A DNA stretch of 64,000 nt, from the NCBI GenBank assembly GCA_964016885.1, contig OZ024741.1, forward strand, positions 42,780,001 to 42,844,000, in the 5' to 3' direction. Source of the DNA: Eledone cirrhosa. Taxonomy: Eukaryota. Positions 13,806-27,416 of this stretch are shown piece by piece. The notes under the pieces are model-generated. The model saw only the letters and a list, made by a program, of their open reading frames with translations. It ran no database searches and was not told where the DNA came from. Position numbers and translations under genes: made by a program. How positions within the stretch are numbered: the first letter of the stretch is position 1; the number at the start of each line of letters is the position of its first letter.

Positions 13806-14291
13806 ATATATATATATAGGATACAAGTTATCGTTATAGGTAATCCAGTTAGAGGTTGTGATTACCCTGCGTCGTGGATAGATTTAACGTACGGCTTTGT
13901 TTGACTCAACAAGATGCTTCCATAGTTATGCAGCGAGGTCGCGGTGATTCCTACACAGGTTATACTTGGAGTAATAATAGTGAAAGAATGAAGAGTAACA
14001 TGGTTGGCTGTACAATAACGGGCTTTATTTTAAGTATTGACAATTGTTTCGTTGATCAGGTGAGTCTAGACAATTGTTTCGTTGGTCGCTTGACGTTGCG
14101 TCACTCGATCTCCAATACATTATTTACATCTGGTCAACACATCAGAGTAGGTAGATATGAAAATAATTCACTCGAAGCAAGACATATATAGAAGAATAGC
14201 GTATAATCAAAACAATAACATCAATAATAAAACATATATGGTAAATAGGTATAGAACTTGCAGATGTAAAATGTAAAAAGTAAAAACCTCA

Positions 14292-14717
14292 AATTGTAAT
14301 TGCCACCTACCGGATAAGTACCCACTACAGAATAGATGCCTGGATTCGAGTATGGTATACCTGTGTACTGTAGATTCATGCAACTCTACTTGGCACTACA
14401 TAGGTTCCACGGCTGGGGAGTTCAAGAAAAGGTGGTATGTCCACAGATACTCCACAAACCGTACACTGGAGAACTCTACGACGCTCGCCAATGAAATTTG
14501 GCAGCTTAAAAACAAAAACCTAGAATATAAGATTAGCTGGTCAAAATTATCGGTAGCAAGAGCCTACAGCAATGGAATGTTCCACTGCGGACTTTGTAAT
14601 TTAGAACTACTTCATATTTTAAGGTACGATGGGATACTGCTTAACAGCAAAATAGAAAGATCAATTTTCTGTAGGCATAAAATAGCTACCAGATTCACAA
14701 ACTTCAACCCACCATGA
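14292..14717 (+). pseudogene. GIY-YIG endonuclease domain of a Penelope-like element (Naiad-like motifs)
   Basis: NCNCHLPDKYPL..C, VY..YIGST..FKKR..H, IW.LK, CGLC..E, LNSK.E, CRH; the RT domain is absent. Confidence 0.85.
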
Positions 14718-15340
14718 TTTGAACCAGCAATCCCAAAATTAGAACTAAACCACCTAGATTTTAGTATATAGAATACACACCATCGCACTGCTATTAGCTG
14801 TCAAACGGCCAACTGGTCACTGGATCATAAATCTCTGAACATCTCTTTCACCCTCTCTCCCTGAAACAGCATCAACCCCATTAAGATAGAATAATCAGCA
14901 AAACATTTACAACAAACGTTTGTCAAACGTTCCTTCACCCCTAGCCCGTAAATCTCATACATGTATCCCCCATTTAATCTCTAATTTATTGCTTTTTATT
15001 CTTTTATCTGTCACTACATCAGACTCTCTACACGTATCTATGCATAACTCGAATCTGGTTTTTTATGTTAGCACTAAACCCACCAAGGAATCCTTATAAT
15101 AATATTTACTCACCACTACTACAAATGCTCTCACATATCCTTATTTATTTCTTTATATTTTCCATTCTCTCATTTTCTTACTTTTTTAATGTATCCTATC
15201 TTATCTTTTACTTTTTACTTTTTAGATCTGAAACTTCTCTACCTATTTACCATATATGTTTTATTATTGATGTTATTGTTTTGATTATACGCTATTCTTC
15301 TATATATGTCTTGCCTCGAGTGAATTGCTTTTATATCTAC

Positions 15341-15448
15341 GTACTCTGAAGTGTTGACCATAGGTAAATAATGTATTGGAGATCGACTGACGCAACTTCA
15401 AGCGATTAGTGACCTCTAGACTCACCTGATTAACGAAACAAATAGTAC
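15341..15448 (+). ncRNA. Hammerhead motif with long stem II in the pLTR (inverted copy 14034-14150)
   Basis: Consensus of the two arms: gtact-CTGANGT-gttgacca...tgatcaac-GAAACAATTGTC-agtac; each copy carries lesions. Confidence 0.55.
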
Positions 15449-15530
15449 TTAAAATAAAGCCCCTTATTGTACAGACAACCATGTTACTCTTCATTCTTTC
15501 ACTATATATATATATAGATATATATACATG

Positions 15531-15775
15531 TAGGGTAGTAACATGTGGCTACGCAGTATTTGACTAAATAGAATTACTCTGTTAGTTGGTATTTTGTAAA
15601 ACCCTCTGAATGGAAAAAAGGATGAATATTGACGTACAAGGGACACAGACCCACATCTTTGGTTTGCCGGACCATCCCAACTAACAGACTAATTCTATAT
15701 TGTCAAATACGGTGTAAGCACATGTTACTACCTAATCTTCAAGTTCACTAAACAAAGCCTGCTTTGCGTCTCCTT
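15531..15775. mobile_element. Fold-back element in (TA)n with tRNA-like spacer
   Basis: Imperfect arms 15531-15589 and 15677-15734, followed by a tail. Confidence 0.5.
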
Positions 15776-16604
15776 ATATAAATATATATATATATATTTG
15801 GTCACTGCGGCTGGCTTACCTGTCGCTGTCTTCAATTTGCAAAGCTGTCTAAACGTAATGTTATAACTCTAAGGTAAACTACCTTATTGAGTGCTTAGCT
15901 GCACATTCCAAATGCATTTGTTAGCTTAGCTGCAGGCAGAGCTTCGAATATGCTGCACTTCCATTTGTATATATATATATACATATATATATATATCCTG
16001 TATCTCATATCTGTTATTTTGCCTGAGAAAAATCTCTATGTGTCCTTAAACAGTACACACATATATTTATTTTTTCATATCCAATTGAGTTCTTCGCACG
16101 AGGCTTGAATTCTTGTCAGAGTTCAATGACCTGCGTGTGTATTATTTTTCACGGTAGCCTCTTCCCCCCATTTTGGGGACAGTGTGAGATTTTCTTTCGA
16201 ACTGCTGGACTTACAACTTAACAGCTCCTTCTAGCACTGATGGTGATTATCGCTAAATATTGATGTTGATTTAGCTATTATTGGGCACCCACTGAAGATT
16301 TGTAAGAGCCCACTTGCATAATAATCCATTGTTCTTATACAAGTTTCTACATAGCTTGGTATAATTTCACCCACCATGTAGAAATCTTACCATGAAACGA
16401 TTCGTTTGGGAAATGAGATCTTTAATATATCTCATATAAAATAATACAGCCAATTATCCACACAATACAATATAGTTAGCACTCCAAACGTTTAATTGGG
16501 AATATACTCCGGTATTTCCTAATGTTTGTTGAGTGAGTTGGAAATTGGTCGGAGTATCGCTAATAGCTTTCTACGTTTATGTAGTTATATATTTATATAT
16601 ATAC

Positions 16605-16649
<45 letters not shown>

Positions 16650-16652
<3 letters not shown>

Positions 16653-17177
16653 AATGAGATATTATTTTGGGCTACCTTAGTCCTTAGTTCAGGTTTGGAT
16701 TAATCTGAACGGAGGAGTATTTCAGTGAAAAGTGGGATTTGGCTCAACAGGATATTTACTTAGTTAGATTGTTCGAAGGGTGCGATCAGTATTTTTTGGA
16801 GTAGTTGTAGCAAGTAAAAAAAGGATTAACACAGATAAGCGATATAATAGGGTTGATTTCCAGCATTAACATATGTTTCATCGCCAGTTTAACAATGTTT
16901 TTTTTTTGTCATTAAACAGCTATCATCAATCATCGATTGACAATTGGGAAAACTCGATGTTAAATACATAAAATAATATAGCTTCGCCGGCGATGTTTCA
17001 CAATACAGTGTCAGAGATTATTGTCGTCGCATTTGATACAAAAATAATACGAACATCATTGATGATGATAGTTTCAAGAGAAAATTCATTTGTTAACCTG
17101 GTGATGAAACATATGTTAATGCTTGAAATAAAACCTATTATATCGCTTATGCTTGTTAATCCTCTTTTTACCTATTG

Positions 17178-17180
<3 letters not shown>
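16650..17180. mobile_element. Old fold-back Penelope-like remnant
   Basis: Inverted arms ~16817-16930 and ~17059-17170; degenerate TTGATGA...GAAACATATGTT. Confidence 0.5.
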
Positions 17181-17230
<50 letters not shown>

Positions 17231-17544
17231 GTGCAGTAATGTTGCTTGGATGCGTCCATAGGCGTTATGCCGGTTGAGCACTCTATGCTCCTTCGCAGCA
17301 GAGTATAATAATGTGGAAAACGAAGAATCAGTGATGCATCGGAACACAATTTATTAACGTATTACAATTGTTTCTCCGGCCAAAAGTTCGAGGTGCGATC
17401 TATTTATGGATCGAACCTGACTCTGGATTCGCAAGTTTCGCAGATACGTCTAGTGACTTCGAAGCAAATCTTCTGTATATATACATAATAGGGATGTATA
17501 TGGAAGTATATATTATATGTATATATAAGTATATATATTGTGAA

Positions 17545-17860
17545 GGCTCATGGCTTAGAGGTTATAGTATTGAGCTTGCAATTGAGAGGATATGAGTTTG
17601 GGTCGGGTACTCGAGGAAGACACTTTATTTCAAGTTGTTTTAGTTTACTCAGCTGTGGAAATGAGTTGCGAAGTCACTGGTGTCAAACTGTATCGGTCAT
17701 TGCCTTACCTTGGACAACATTAGTGGCGTGGAGAGAGGGGAGACTGGTATCCATGGGCGACTACTGGTCTTCCACAAAACAAACCTCGTCCAGGCTTGTG
17801 CCTCGGAGGGAAACTTTCTAGGTACAAAACCATGGTCATTCGTGACTGAGTGGTGTCAAT
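17545..17860 (+). mobile_element. Degenerate tRNA-derived SINE
   Basis: TGGCTTAGAGG A-box-like head and AAGACACTTTATTTC domain. Confidence 0.55.
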
Positions 17861-18734
17861 GAGATACATATGCACTAACAATATGGGAGCCTTGCTATCG
17901 TAACGAAAAAAAGAACTTTACACGAGTGGAAAGCCCTAAAGTGATACCCAAGTACATGAACAATATTCTATTCGTATTAACAACAGATTTACTACGTTTC
18001 GTCAGATACAACAGTAAAGGATTATCAGAACTTGATACAAGCAAACAATGAGAAATATAAGCAATATGAGACACCTTCCCAAACATCCCCAAGTCAAATT
18101 TTGTTGATGTCAATACAAGGTACCTTCACCGATTATCAGAAACATCCAAATGAGGAAAGTTTCAATACATGAAGAAAGAGAAACTAAATCTGGAGGTAGC
18201 TGACAATCGCTTGAAAAAGAACTTAATATCATGATTGAGAGAATTGAGCCTACAGGAACGAAATACACACACGGAGAGTGCTGGAAGTTTGTATTTGAGA
18301 ATAGTGGCAGGAAAAGTATTAAGAAGGGTACCTATTAAGCAGGAAAACTGCCAAATATGTACAGCAAAGTAACAGTGACTTTTATGCTTTCGTGAATTAC
18401 TTCGAAAGGCACATAGCATCATAGTTAATGAAGACGAAAAGTTTTCCATATTTTATCAGATTTGGGAGTAAGCACATAACTTTTCACTGTGGATGAAAAG
18501 TATAATATTTATGCCAGGTCAGTTATTTACAAGTAGCTATGAATAACAAGATTAATTTATAAAACATCCCCAATGGGAAATCTTGTTAATTTCCATCGTA
18601 ACAAATCATTATGTTTGACGGATATTTGCCAGCTGATGGATTTTGGCGAGCTTTGCTACGATACGGAAATTATATATACATACATACAAACATACATACA
18701 TACACACATACATATGCACTTAAACACACACACA

Positions 18735-18775
<41 letters not shown>

Positions 18776-18987
18776 CATAGCACGTAATACATGTAAATGT
18801 ATACAGATATGAAATTGACTTGGCTCTGCAGAGAAAGAGAGTTTGTTGAACAGGAAACACAGGAAAGAAGTGAAGAAAAGAGAACGTGTGATTGGATGAG
18901 GCGCATGTATACATCCACGCAGACACACACATCATATATACCTACGCACATGCACACATCACACACACAAACGCACACACAGAAACG

Positions 18988-19023
<36 letters not shown>

Positions 19024-19521
19024 TATGTATTTAAAAGACAAACAAGCAGTTTGAGATGATTATTTTTTCTGTTTTCCTCTTCTTCTATATTTACACACAT
19101 AAGCAGTGGTAAAACACCAAAAGAAATTATTAGTATAAATGTAAAACGTATGTAAATATATAAATACTATCCAATCCCACCATCTTCCTTTGTAAACTCA
19201 CTCATACACACAAGTAAATATGCAAACACGTATATACAGTAAAATCTACAGAATCTGGAAAATGATGAAAGCGACCTTTCATCAAGAATTCCAATCTCAC
19301 CAATCCCGTTTACTCTATTCAATATAAGGAACCCCAATAATTATCCCAAATACTAGCCCTTGTTGCAGCAATGTTTGACAGAATCTTCTACAGCCTTCGA
19401 AGCAGAGAGATATACAATTTGGTATCAAAAGCAAAACGAGTCATATTTACAACTACATAAAGTTCACGTCAATCACAGAAGGCATAAAACTATTCAAAAC
19501 GATTATCATTTATTTTTCTAT

Positions 19522-21118
19522 TTCTTCTTCTTGCTCTTGCTCGATAAGACTGGGGTCATCCTATGTCCAAGATAAGGTGACGTTGAGCCTCCACAAATTT
19601 TCCTTGACGACATCCAGCTATTTGGTGCGGAGACTGTCGCTGTGTCTCTTTCAGCCCGTAGCTGCTGCATCGAAAGACAATAAGGACTTGCTAGGAAGTT
19701 CTGTTGGGAGGCAGAGGAAATGTTCGCACCAGTGGATGCGGCGGATAGCTATGAGGAGGGAGTCTGCGGACTGATATGTGTGACGCAACATGGGATACCA
19801 ACTGATGGTCCTCAGGGTTCTGCTATCTAAGTCGTCGATCCACTTTGTCCGGGTCATTTTGAGGGGCCACGTTTCTGCTCCACAGAGGAGATCGGAGAGG
19901 ATCGAAGCGTTGTAAATACAGAGTTTCATCTTTCCGGAGATAACACTGTAGCACCAGGCAGACCACTCTCACCCTGTTGTTGATGGATGGGGATCCAGTC
20001 AGAGCTATTCCTGTTCACCTGCAGGAAACTCGTGGCATTGCTACAGAGGCGTTGGCGTAGGGATGCGATCTTGAGAGGCGCGCCGATGAGTTTGACAATT
20101 TTCCAGATGGATGCGTTGTTGACGGAAGCTGCTTTGAGGAAGACGAATGAGGCGGAGGTCAGAAATGTGGTCGGTGGTAGATCAATTTGGCATGAATCCA
20201 GCTTCTTGTGGGCGGTCTACCTCTAATAGCGAGAAGAAGACGCCTGAGGTGGATTTTGGTGCTGAGCTTACTTAGGCGGGAGAGGAGGTTGATGCCCCTG
20301 AGGTTGAGGGAGACGAGTTTGTCGCCCCTCCGTTTCCAGAATGGGAAGATAATGCCCTGGATCCATTCATTTGGGAACCTATTTGATACCTACACATAGG
20401 TGATCATGCGGTTAAGCCAACAAAACTAAGATTGCAGTCGGAACCTGCTACCAAGTACCATCCCTGCCTTCACTCATTCTGTATTCGAGATACCAACATC
20501 GACTCTGCATTTGCGTGTTCCATCCCTGATCGCTGCAGTGTCCTGGTCGAGGATCTGACTGACAAATGGGAGATTTTTAAATCAAGCGTCAACCAGTCTG
20601 CATGTGACGTCCTGGTAAATTCAAGATTTCTTACCAAACGCTACTGGATTTCACAGCAGACCCTGGAGACAATCAACTGCCGCCGCAAGGCTCTCTTTCG
20701 TGGCGATATGAATGAGTACCACCGCCTCAACCGGATTAGTAAGAAGAACATCACGCATCATCGGGAGAAAATTGGGTCGGAAGAAGCTTAGAGGAAACGG
20801 CAAGGAACAACAACCTCAGCCATGTGTTCAACACGCTTTGCAGAGTCCGTGCCGGTTCCCAGACCAAGACAAGCCCGGGTGAAGGATACCAAATGGCAAC
20901 GTCTTTACCACAGAAACTACCTGACTCAAACGCTAGAAGGACCATTTCAGCCTTCTTCTCCATCATCCGCCCGTCGCAATCGATACTTTCCTAACCTTCA
21001 GATACAGTTGCAGCCAATGACACTTGCAGACTCGATCCTGTCACATCCTTTGAAGTGAGAGCCTCTCCTGAGAAGCAAAGACGCTGGAATCTATATTATC
21101 AATTTGAGTTAAGAAATA
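19522..21118 (-). mobile_element. Degenerate RTE-clade LINE with inverted 5' segment
   Basis: Minus strand 20400-19530 encodes PNEW..LRGINLLS..QEAGF..STTDHI and KLCIYNA..LCGAETW, with a (GAA)-like tail; plus strand 20402-21118 encodes the APE end and linker (DH, WISQQT). Confidence 0.8.
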
Positions 21119-22325
21119 CTAATTCTTGTAAACTAAATTCAGAGAATCATAATAACTAGAATAGCTTCCCAATCGTTATGTCTACGAACAAATTATCTCA
21201 TAAATTACTGTCGCTAAACAACTGCGAGTCAACTACAAGAAATGCCTAAGAAACTGCATAAAGTAACAACCGCTTTAGCTTCTATATGTGTAATAAATAC
21301 GCAAGTCATCAATCCATTCATCAATACAGGAAAATGGTTCCATAGATTTAATAATGATACAGCTCACACATATGTAGGTTTAAATTGCCTTCAACGAAGC
21401 TGCATCTGCTGCATTTCATAGAATATTCCTCGGATACTTTAAAGATGAGGCTCCAGTCCTATAATGTAAATCTATATGAAATAAATCGCCTTCCTGGAGT
21501 AGAGCATGTGCCACTCGGTCGAGAAATCAAATTCACTACTTTATGATTGTGTGTCCAACACACGCTAAATATTAAACCACGTTCATACATTGATTACATG
21601 TGTACGAGATTGGAGTGCTGAACAGACACAACCCATCTCTTTCACCTTTGTTCAATATTAACTATGATCCAACAGGTGTCAGATGAAACATAAATATACA
21701 TGCACGCACACACATAAACACACACACGCACACATATATATCACACATACGCTTTCTCTCTCTCTATATATATACATACACATACTCTGACGAGTGACGG
21801 ATTCACCAAGTTTCTCCCTCTCAGCTACCTGTAGCTTACTCTTCTTATCTTGACCTGATTTGCGTGTACTACAAAGAAACTACACCCCCCCCCCCTGTCA
21901 TTTTCTCTCTCTCTATTTGATGTGGCTGCAAACTGTACTAAGAGCATTGCAATCGCTTGTCAGATTACAGAAAATAGTACACTTTTAGGCTACGGCCAGC
22001 CACACGAACCTGTAACATCATCCTGAACAAGCAATGCCTGTGATTTGAAGGTTTTTTTAAAGTGGATAACGGCCATGCACTCGACCAATCCCACTCTCTG
22101 AGCATCGAAAACACTACCCAAAAAGGAGAACTGGTCAAGATGATCGGATGCTTCCGAAGCCGCAGGTTTTTTTTTCAGAGTTCCCTTCTCCTAGAAAGGT
22201 ATTGTGACAACGACTGGGGGCCTTTCACTCTCAGTTGAAAAAAAACAAACCTACTATTTGGGTGGCCGTTGATTCTGCTGAGTTCCTCCGCCCTTTGCCG
22301 GGTCTTGTATTTCATCTCCAAATTT

Positions 22326-22406
<81 letters not shown>

Positions 22407-22417
22407 GTATATAAATA

Positions 22418-22450
<33 letters not shown>

Positions 22451-22612
22451 TTATTAGGTATAGGATTATCCAAGATGTAGTAATGGTTAATTACTACACT
22501 GGATATGGTTGACGTACGGTGAGAGGTTACTCTACGAGTTATGGAAGAATTGTTGAAGAAACTTAGTTCCTGATCCTTCTGTATTCCGGAGTGTATATAA
22601 AGAATAAATAAT

Positions 22613-22740
22613 TGTTTCTACTTTAGGCACAAGGCCAGCAATTACCCAGTGCATTACTGGTACTTTATTTTATCGACCCTGTAAGGATGAAAGGCAAAGT
22701 CAACCTCGGCGGGATTTGAACTCAGATCGTAAAGGGACGT
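22613..22740 (-). mobile_element. 5'-truncated Nin-like SINE
   Basis: SINE core; 16-bp TSD ATAAAGAAT(A/G)AATAAT at 22597-22612 and 22741-22756. Confidence 0.85.
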
Positions 22741-22793
22741 ATAAAGAATGAATAATAACAGGTAGACATCATAAAAAGGTAATTTATTCCGTG

Positions 22794-22905
22794 TGCTTAC
22801 AAATGTTTCCACGGTGGTACTACAGCCTAGTTATGCTATGTGCAAATTTACAAATATTTGCAGAACTCAAATATCCAATGCTGTGACCACTGTATCCTCA
22901 GAGCA
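22794..22905 (-). ncRNA. Type I hammerhead ribozyme with long stem II insert
   Basis: tgct-CTGAGGA-tacagtgg...ccaccgtg-GAAAC attt GTA-agca; core intact. Confidence 0.68.
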
Positions 22906-23068
22906 GAATCATTTGAGTTCTGCAAATATTTGTAAATTTGCACATAGCATAACTAGGCTGTAGTACCACCGTGGAAACATTTGTAAGCACACGGAATAAA
23001 TTACCTTTTTATGATGTCTACCTGTTATTATTCATTCTTTATATATATATACATATATACCTATATAT

Positions 23069-23176
<108 letters not shown>

Positions 23177-23618
23177 GTATATATATAGGATCATGTCCAA
23201 GCAGATAAACCTCCTCCACAAACGCGAAAGGGGAGAATTTAGAAAGACGATGAGATCAGGCTAAAGAAATAGTTAATGGACACAAAACCGCTTTTGAATG
23301 GAAATCAAGAAATACACTTGAATAGAAAGCAAGAAATACAAGAAATACACTTATCAACCCTTATAACATTAATAAGGATGTTTTTAATGTTCCCTAAAAA
23401 CCTGACTGTTTACACAATAGAAGACTGGAAAGTACGACTTTTATTCGCTTTCATCGAGAACATAAATGGAGTGGTGACTATGGAAACACGATTATTTATT
23501 TAGTTTCTAGAAGTAATTACAATAACAAAGTTGACAAATATTATAGAAATAGAAATAACAATGATTATTTTTATTGTGAGAAACCCGCTAACTGAGAATT
23601 TTTGCTGCTACGATAGTG

Positions 23619-23749
<131 letters not shown>

Positions 23750-25171
23750 ATTGACACTGGGTCTAATATAGATTATAGTGATAAGGAGTAGGTTAGATGA
23801 AATCAACTCTATTTCATGACTAACAGTTATCTACCTCAACAGACTGAAGGGCAAAGACGCCAAATGCAACATTTGAAATTAAAAGAGAGAGACAAAACAT
23901 AATGCTCGAAGTCATCGTTCTGGTTTGTCTAACATGACTTTATCATAAGAGCCATGGCACAGCCTATGATTCTTCGCAATCACCAAGATTCCTGATGAAA
24001 GTATGAAGGAGTGAAGTAATCACCAGACCGGAAACCGAGCCCGAATGTACGCCATAACAGACTGTATTTCACTAAATATCCCCAAGGGATAGGTTGTGGT
24101 GTTAAAGCCGTCGACTGGTTATGGCTACCAACGCCATTATTGAGCCTAGCTAGACTAAAAAGTGGGTCATCTGTGAATTTACAGTTAATAGTCAATTAGA
24201 TATAAAATGTTCATGTATAATTTGTATTGAATCGGCATTCCAGGAGGATATCTATTTTTCATCAATGGCATACGCCATAATAAACGATTGTAGAATTAAC
24301 TAAAATAATAATTACGAAATCACTACTACCACCACCACCACCACCACCACCACCACCGACAACAAAAACAGCAACAACAACTAAATATCAATAAATAATC
24401 ATTAGAAATCACCGTAACTTTAACAAACATGAAATGTTTCAAAGAAAACAAATAGAATTGAACGAACTATTTTTCAAAAATGACAAGAAGTGAAGAAAAA
24501 TAAAAACAGAATACAGCAAAACAATTTTCAGACAAATGTCGAGACACCGCATTCTTAAATCAATGTAAAGTTCGTCTATTTGAACCAAATTCTAATAGTG
24601 AAAGCAAGTCTTTTGAAAATCTTTTTTGTTGTCATTATTTTTTTTATTATATATGTTTTTAAAAATCGAGTCTGCCGTCAAAGAAAGAGAATCTTTTATC
24701 AGGATTGATATATAGGATATTATCAAGTGACAAAAGTGGTATCATATCCCGGAGAAGAAAATAATAAAAAAAACGAATAAAGAGAAAGTATAGAAGATAA
24801 CAAAATATAACTTTTAACAATGATTCAACAAAGAAAAAACAAATTGGTTGTACATCAGCTGCAAATATATTTAAAATAAATGGATCTGAATTGTGAAAAC
24901 TTTATTCCAAAAATAATACAATAAATACTATCTTATCATATATTTAGAGACAATAAAACGTTCTGATATCAGAATATACAAGAGTTTCTTTATTTTTCTA
25001 TATTTTTATATTATTAATGAATTATTGAGTTTCATGTTTATATTTATAGGCAATTGATCAAAGTCGCTTTACGTTGTTGGAAAGAAAAAAAAATGACACC
25101 ACTCTTGAATTTCTTTTTTATTGTAATCTTAGTTACACATATGTTGAAAGATGCATTTCTGTTGGGGAAGC

Positions 25172-25436
25172 GAATTACACTCTTAGTTGTCGTAGTTGCT
25201 TGAATCAACATAAAATGGTGGCTTATTACTAAGACTATACAACATCAGATTGTATTTACTCGGTGTTGTTAGATTGCTTCCCCTGTCGCAGAGAATTACA
25301 CTCTTAGTTGTCGTAGTTGCTCGAATCAACATAAAATGGTGGCTTATTACTAAGACTATACAACACCAGATTGTATTCATTCTGTGTTGTTAGAATGCTT
25401 CCCCATCTCTGAGGCAGGGAAGCATTCTAACAACAT
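25172..25436. repeat. ~121-bp tandem duplication ending in a hairpin
   Basis: 25172-25283 is repeated at 25293-25404; followed by TGTTGTTAGAATGCTTCCC / GGGAAGCATTCTAACAACA inverted repeat. Confidence 0.8.
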
Positions 25437-25668
25437 GCTACTTCGTTCATCTCTGAGTCAAAAACATAAAAACACAATTTTTGGTCTATGTTTTTTTTTC
25501 TTAATTTGTTTCCTTAAAGTTTGCCATCATTCCGTTGATATACACCTATTACCCGATTTATACATGGAGATACCACTGGGTTCTTACACAACCTGGCCAC
25601 TGAAATGTGCATAGTGTTTACAGAAATAAATAATTAAGAGATTTCAACATATTTGGCCACCTGACATT

Positions 25669-25740
<72 letters not shown>

Positions 25741-25769
25741 AATGACATGTGCCCACAAAAAAAATCCAC

Positions 25770-26578
25770 GGTTACCATGACGGCTAGGGCAAGCGCGCTC
25801 TTTCAGTTTTCCACGGACGATGCTACAGGCACACGCTCAGAGTAGGCCCATTTACACAGGCCATTCTTGCCTCTCTCACTCACCTTTCAACAAACTGGCT
25901 GGACGGCACCACTTTCCTCTCCAACATGATTTTCCTTTTCATGTGAAACCTGAAAAAGTCAATGAGGGCTACCCCCGAAGAGGAAAGTGCCAGTCTTCAA
26001 ACCTTTCAGACGCATCCACCATACGATCTCTTCTACCATGTCCACCAGGAATATAAAAACTGCCTGCACCTCCTGTTTAAAGGAGGGCGGCGGGATAATC
26101 TTCACGATGAACCCAGCTGATAGCCGGATCCGTCCTACACGCAACAGCAGATGTTTGACATAAACCCACAAGTCAGCGATGCTCGGACACTGGACGTGCA
26201 GGACGGTTTCGAATCCCCTGCGCGCATCTTGGACATGCCCGGCTGACGGCACTTCCATGCCTGTAGAGCTTATCCCGAACTGGCAATGCTCCTCCGCAGC
26301 ACTGCCAGGCCAGGGATTTCTAGAAGTTGCCCATCGGCCCCGGTCCGAAAGTTCTCCCGAAGAGATTGGCTAGTTGATTTTCGTCGAGGCTCAATGTCTC
26401 CCCAAGGACGTCGTCATAATCCCCCCTCCCCCTCACACACACTAACCCGCCAGAGAACGCCAAGGTGGAGTTTTCATCGATCGCATTGCCCGATGGTTGA
26501 CGACTGTAAGCGCCTGAAAACATTCGTGTCTCTAAGCGCTCTCTCTCGGTCTTCGCTTGACCCAGGACTGCAGCTACG
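25770..26578 (-). mobile_element. Tx1 LINE 3' fragment (ORF2 C-terminus)
   Basis: Homologous to 27417-28150 (ETVLH..QCPSIADLW). Confidence 0.88.
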
Positions 26579-26591
26579 TTTAGGAAAAATA

Positions 26592-26645
<54 letters not shown>

Positions 26646-27074
26646 GAAAACGATCAAGTGAAGGTGCTCTGGGATTTCAGGATACAGACAGACCAGAAAT
26701 TAGAACACAATAGGCCTGACCTGGTGGTTTTTGACAAGGAAAAAAGATCGTGCCTGATTGTAGATGTAACCTGCCACTTTGACACAAGAGTGCTAGAAAA
26801 GAAGGAGAAAATTAACCGATACCAAGATTTAAATTCGGAGTTAAAAAGGATTTGGAACTGTCATAAGATCAATGTCTTTCCGATTGTTATAGGAGCACAA
26901 GGATAGCTAAAGAACATTAGTCCATCCCCCTTTTTTGGAACACGTCAAAAGGCATGCTTACTTGGAACAGCAAGAACCATCTGATAAGCCCTGAATATCT
27001 GAGGCTGCAGGTAGCGGCTTGATATTCATTTGAACAAACTTTTCAGTTAAATAACATCAGTGACTGAGACGCCA
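26646..27074 (+). mobile_element. R4/Dong-clade 3' fragment (RLE domain and 3' UTR), family A
   Basis: WDFRIQTD..HNRPDLVV.D..DV..D..EK..RYQDL..PIVIGA; lies between (AAT)n and (TAC)n(TAA)n. Confidence 0.88.
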
Positions 27075-27075
27075 A

Positions 27076-27173
<98 letters not shown>

Positions 27174-27416
27174 TTTTCTTAATTAATTACAAGGGTTTAC
27201 ATAAAGTAGACATTAAGGACAGTACAGGACAATACAGGACGGTACAAATGGGCATTTCTGCATGTAAAAAAAACAGAGGATGTAATAAAATAACAAAGAA
27301 AGATTCCCCAATAGGGAGGAGACTTCCGAGGGACATTTGTGGAGAAAGCCCATTAAAAGACCACAGTGACCCTGACCACCAGGGCAAGTGCCCTCTCCCA
27401 GTTTTCTACCTTTAAA

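Larger units (their letters stand above)
13817..15504 (+). mobile_element. 5'-truncated Penelope-like element with inverted 5' pLTR
   Basis: ~300-bp inverted repeats (13978-14285 and 15205-15504) bracket a GIY-YIG ORF; flanked by (TA)n. Confidence 0.88.
22455..23042. mobile_element. Fold-back Penelope-like element with nested SINE
   Basis: Perfect 132-bp inverted repeat (22741-22872 and 22911-23042); tail 22455-22596; (TA)n flanks. Confidence 0.75.

Noticed and set aside
21787-21815. CTGACGA-gtga cggat tcac hammerhead-like start
   Set aside because: GAAA and stem III are missing.
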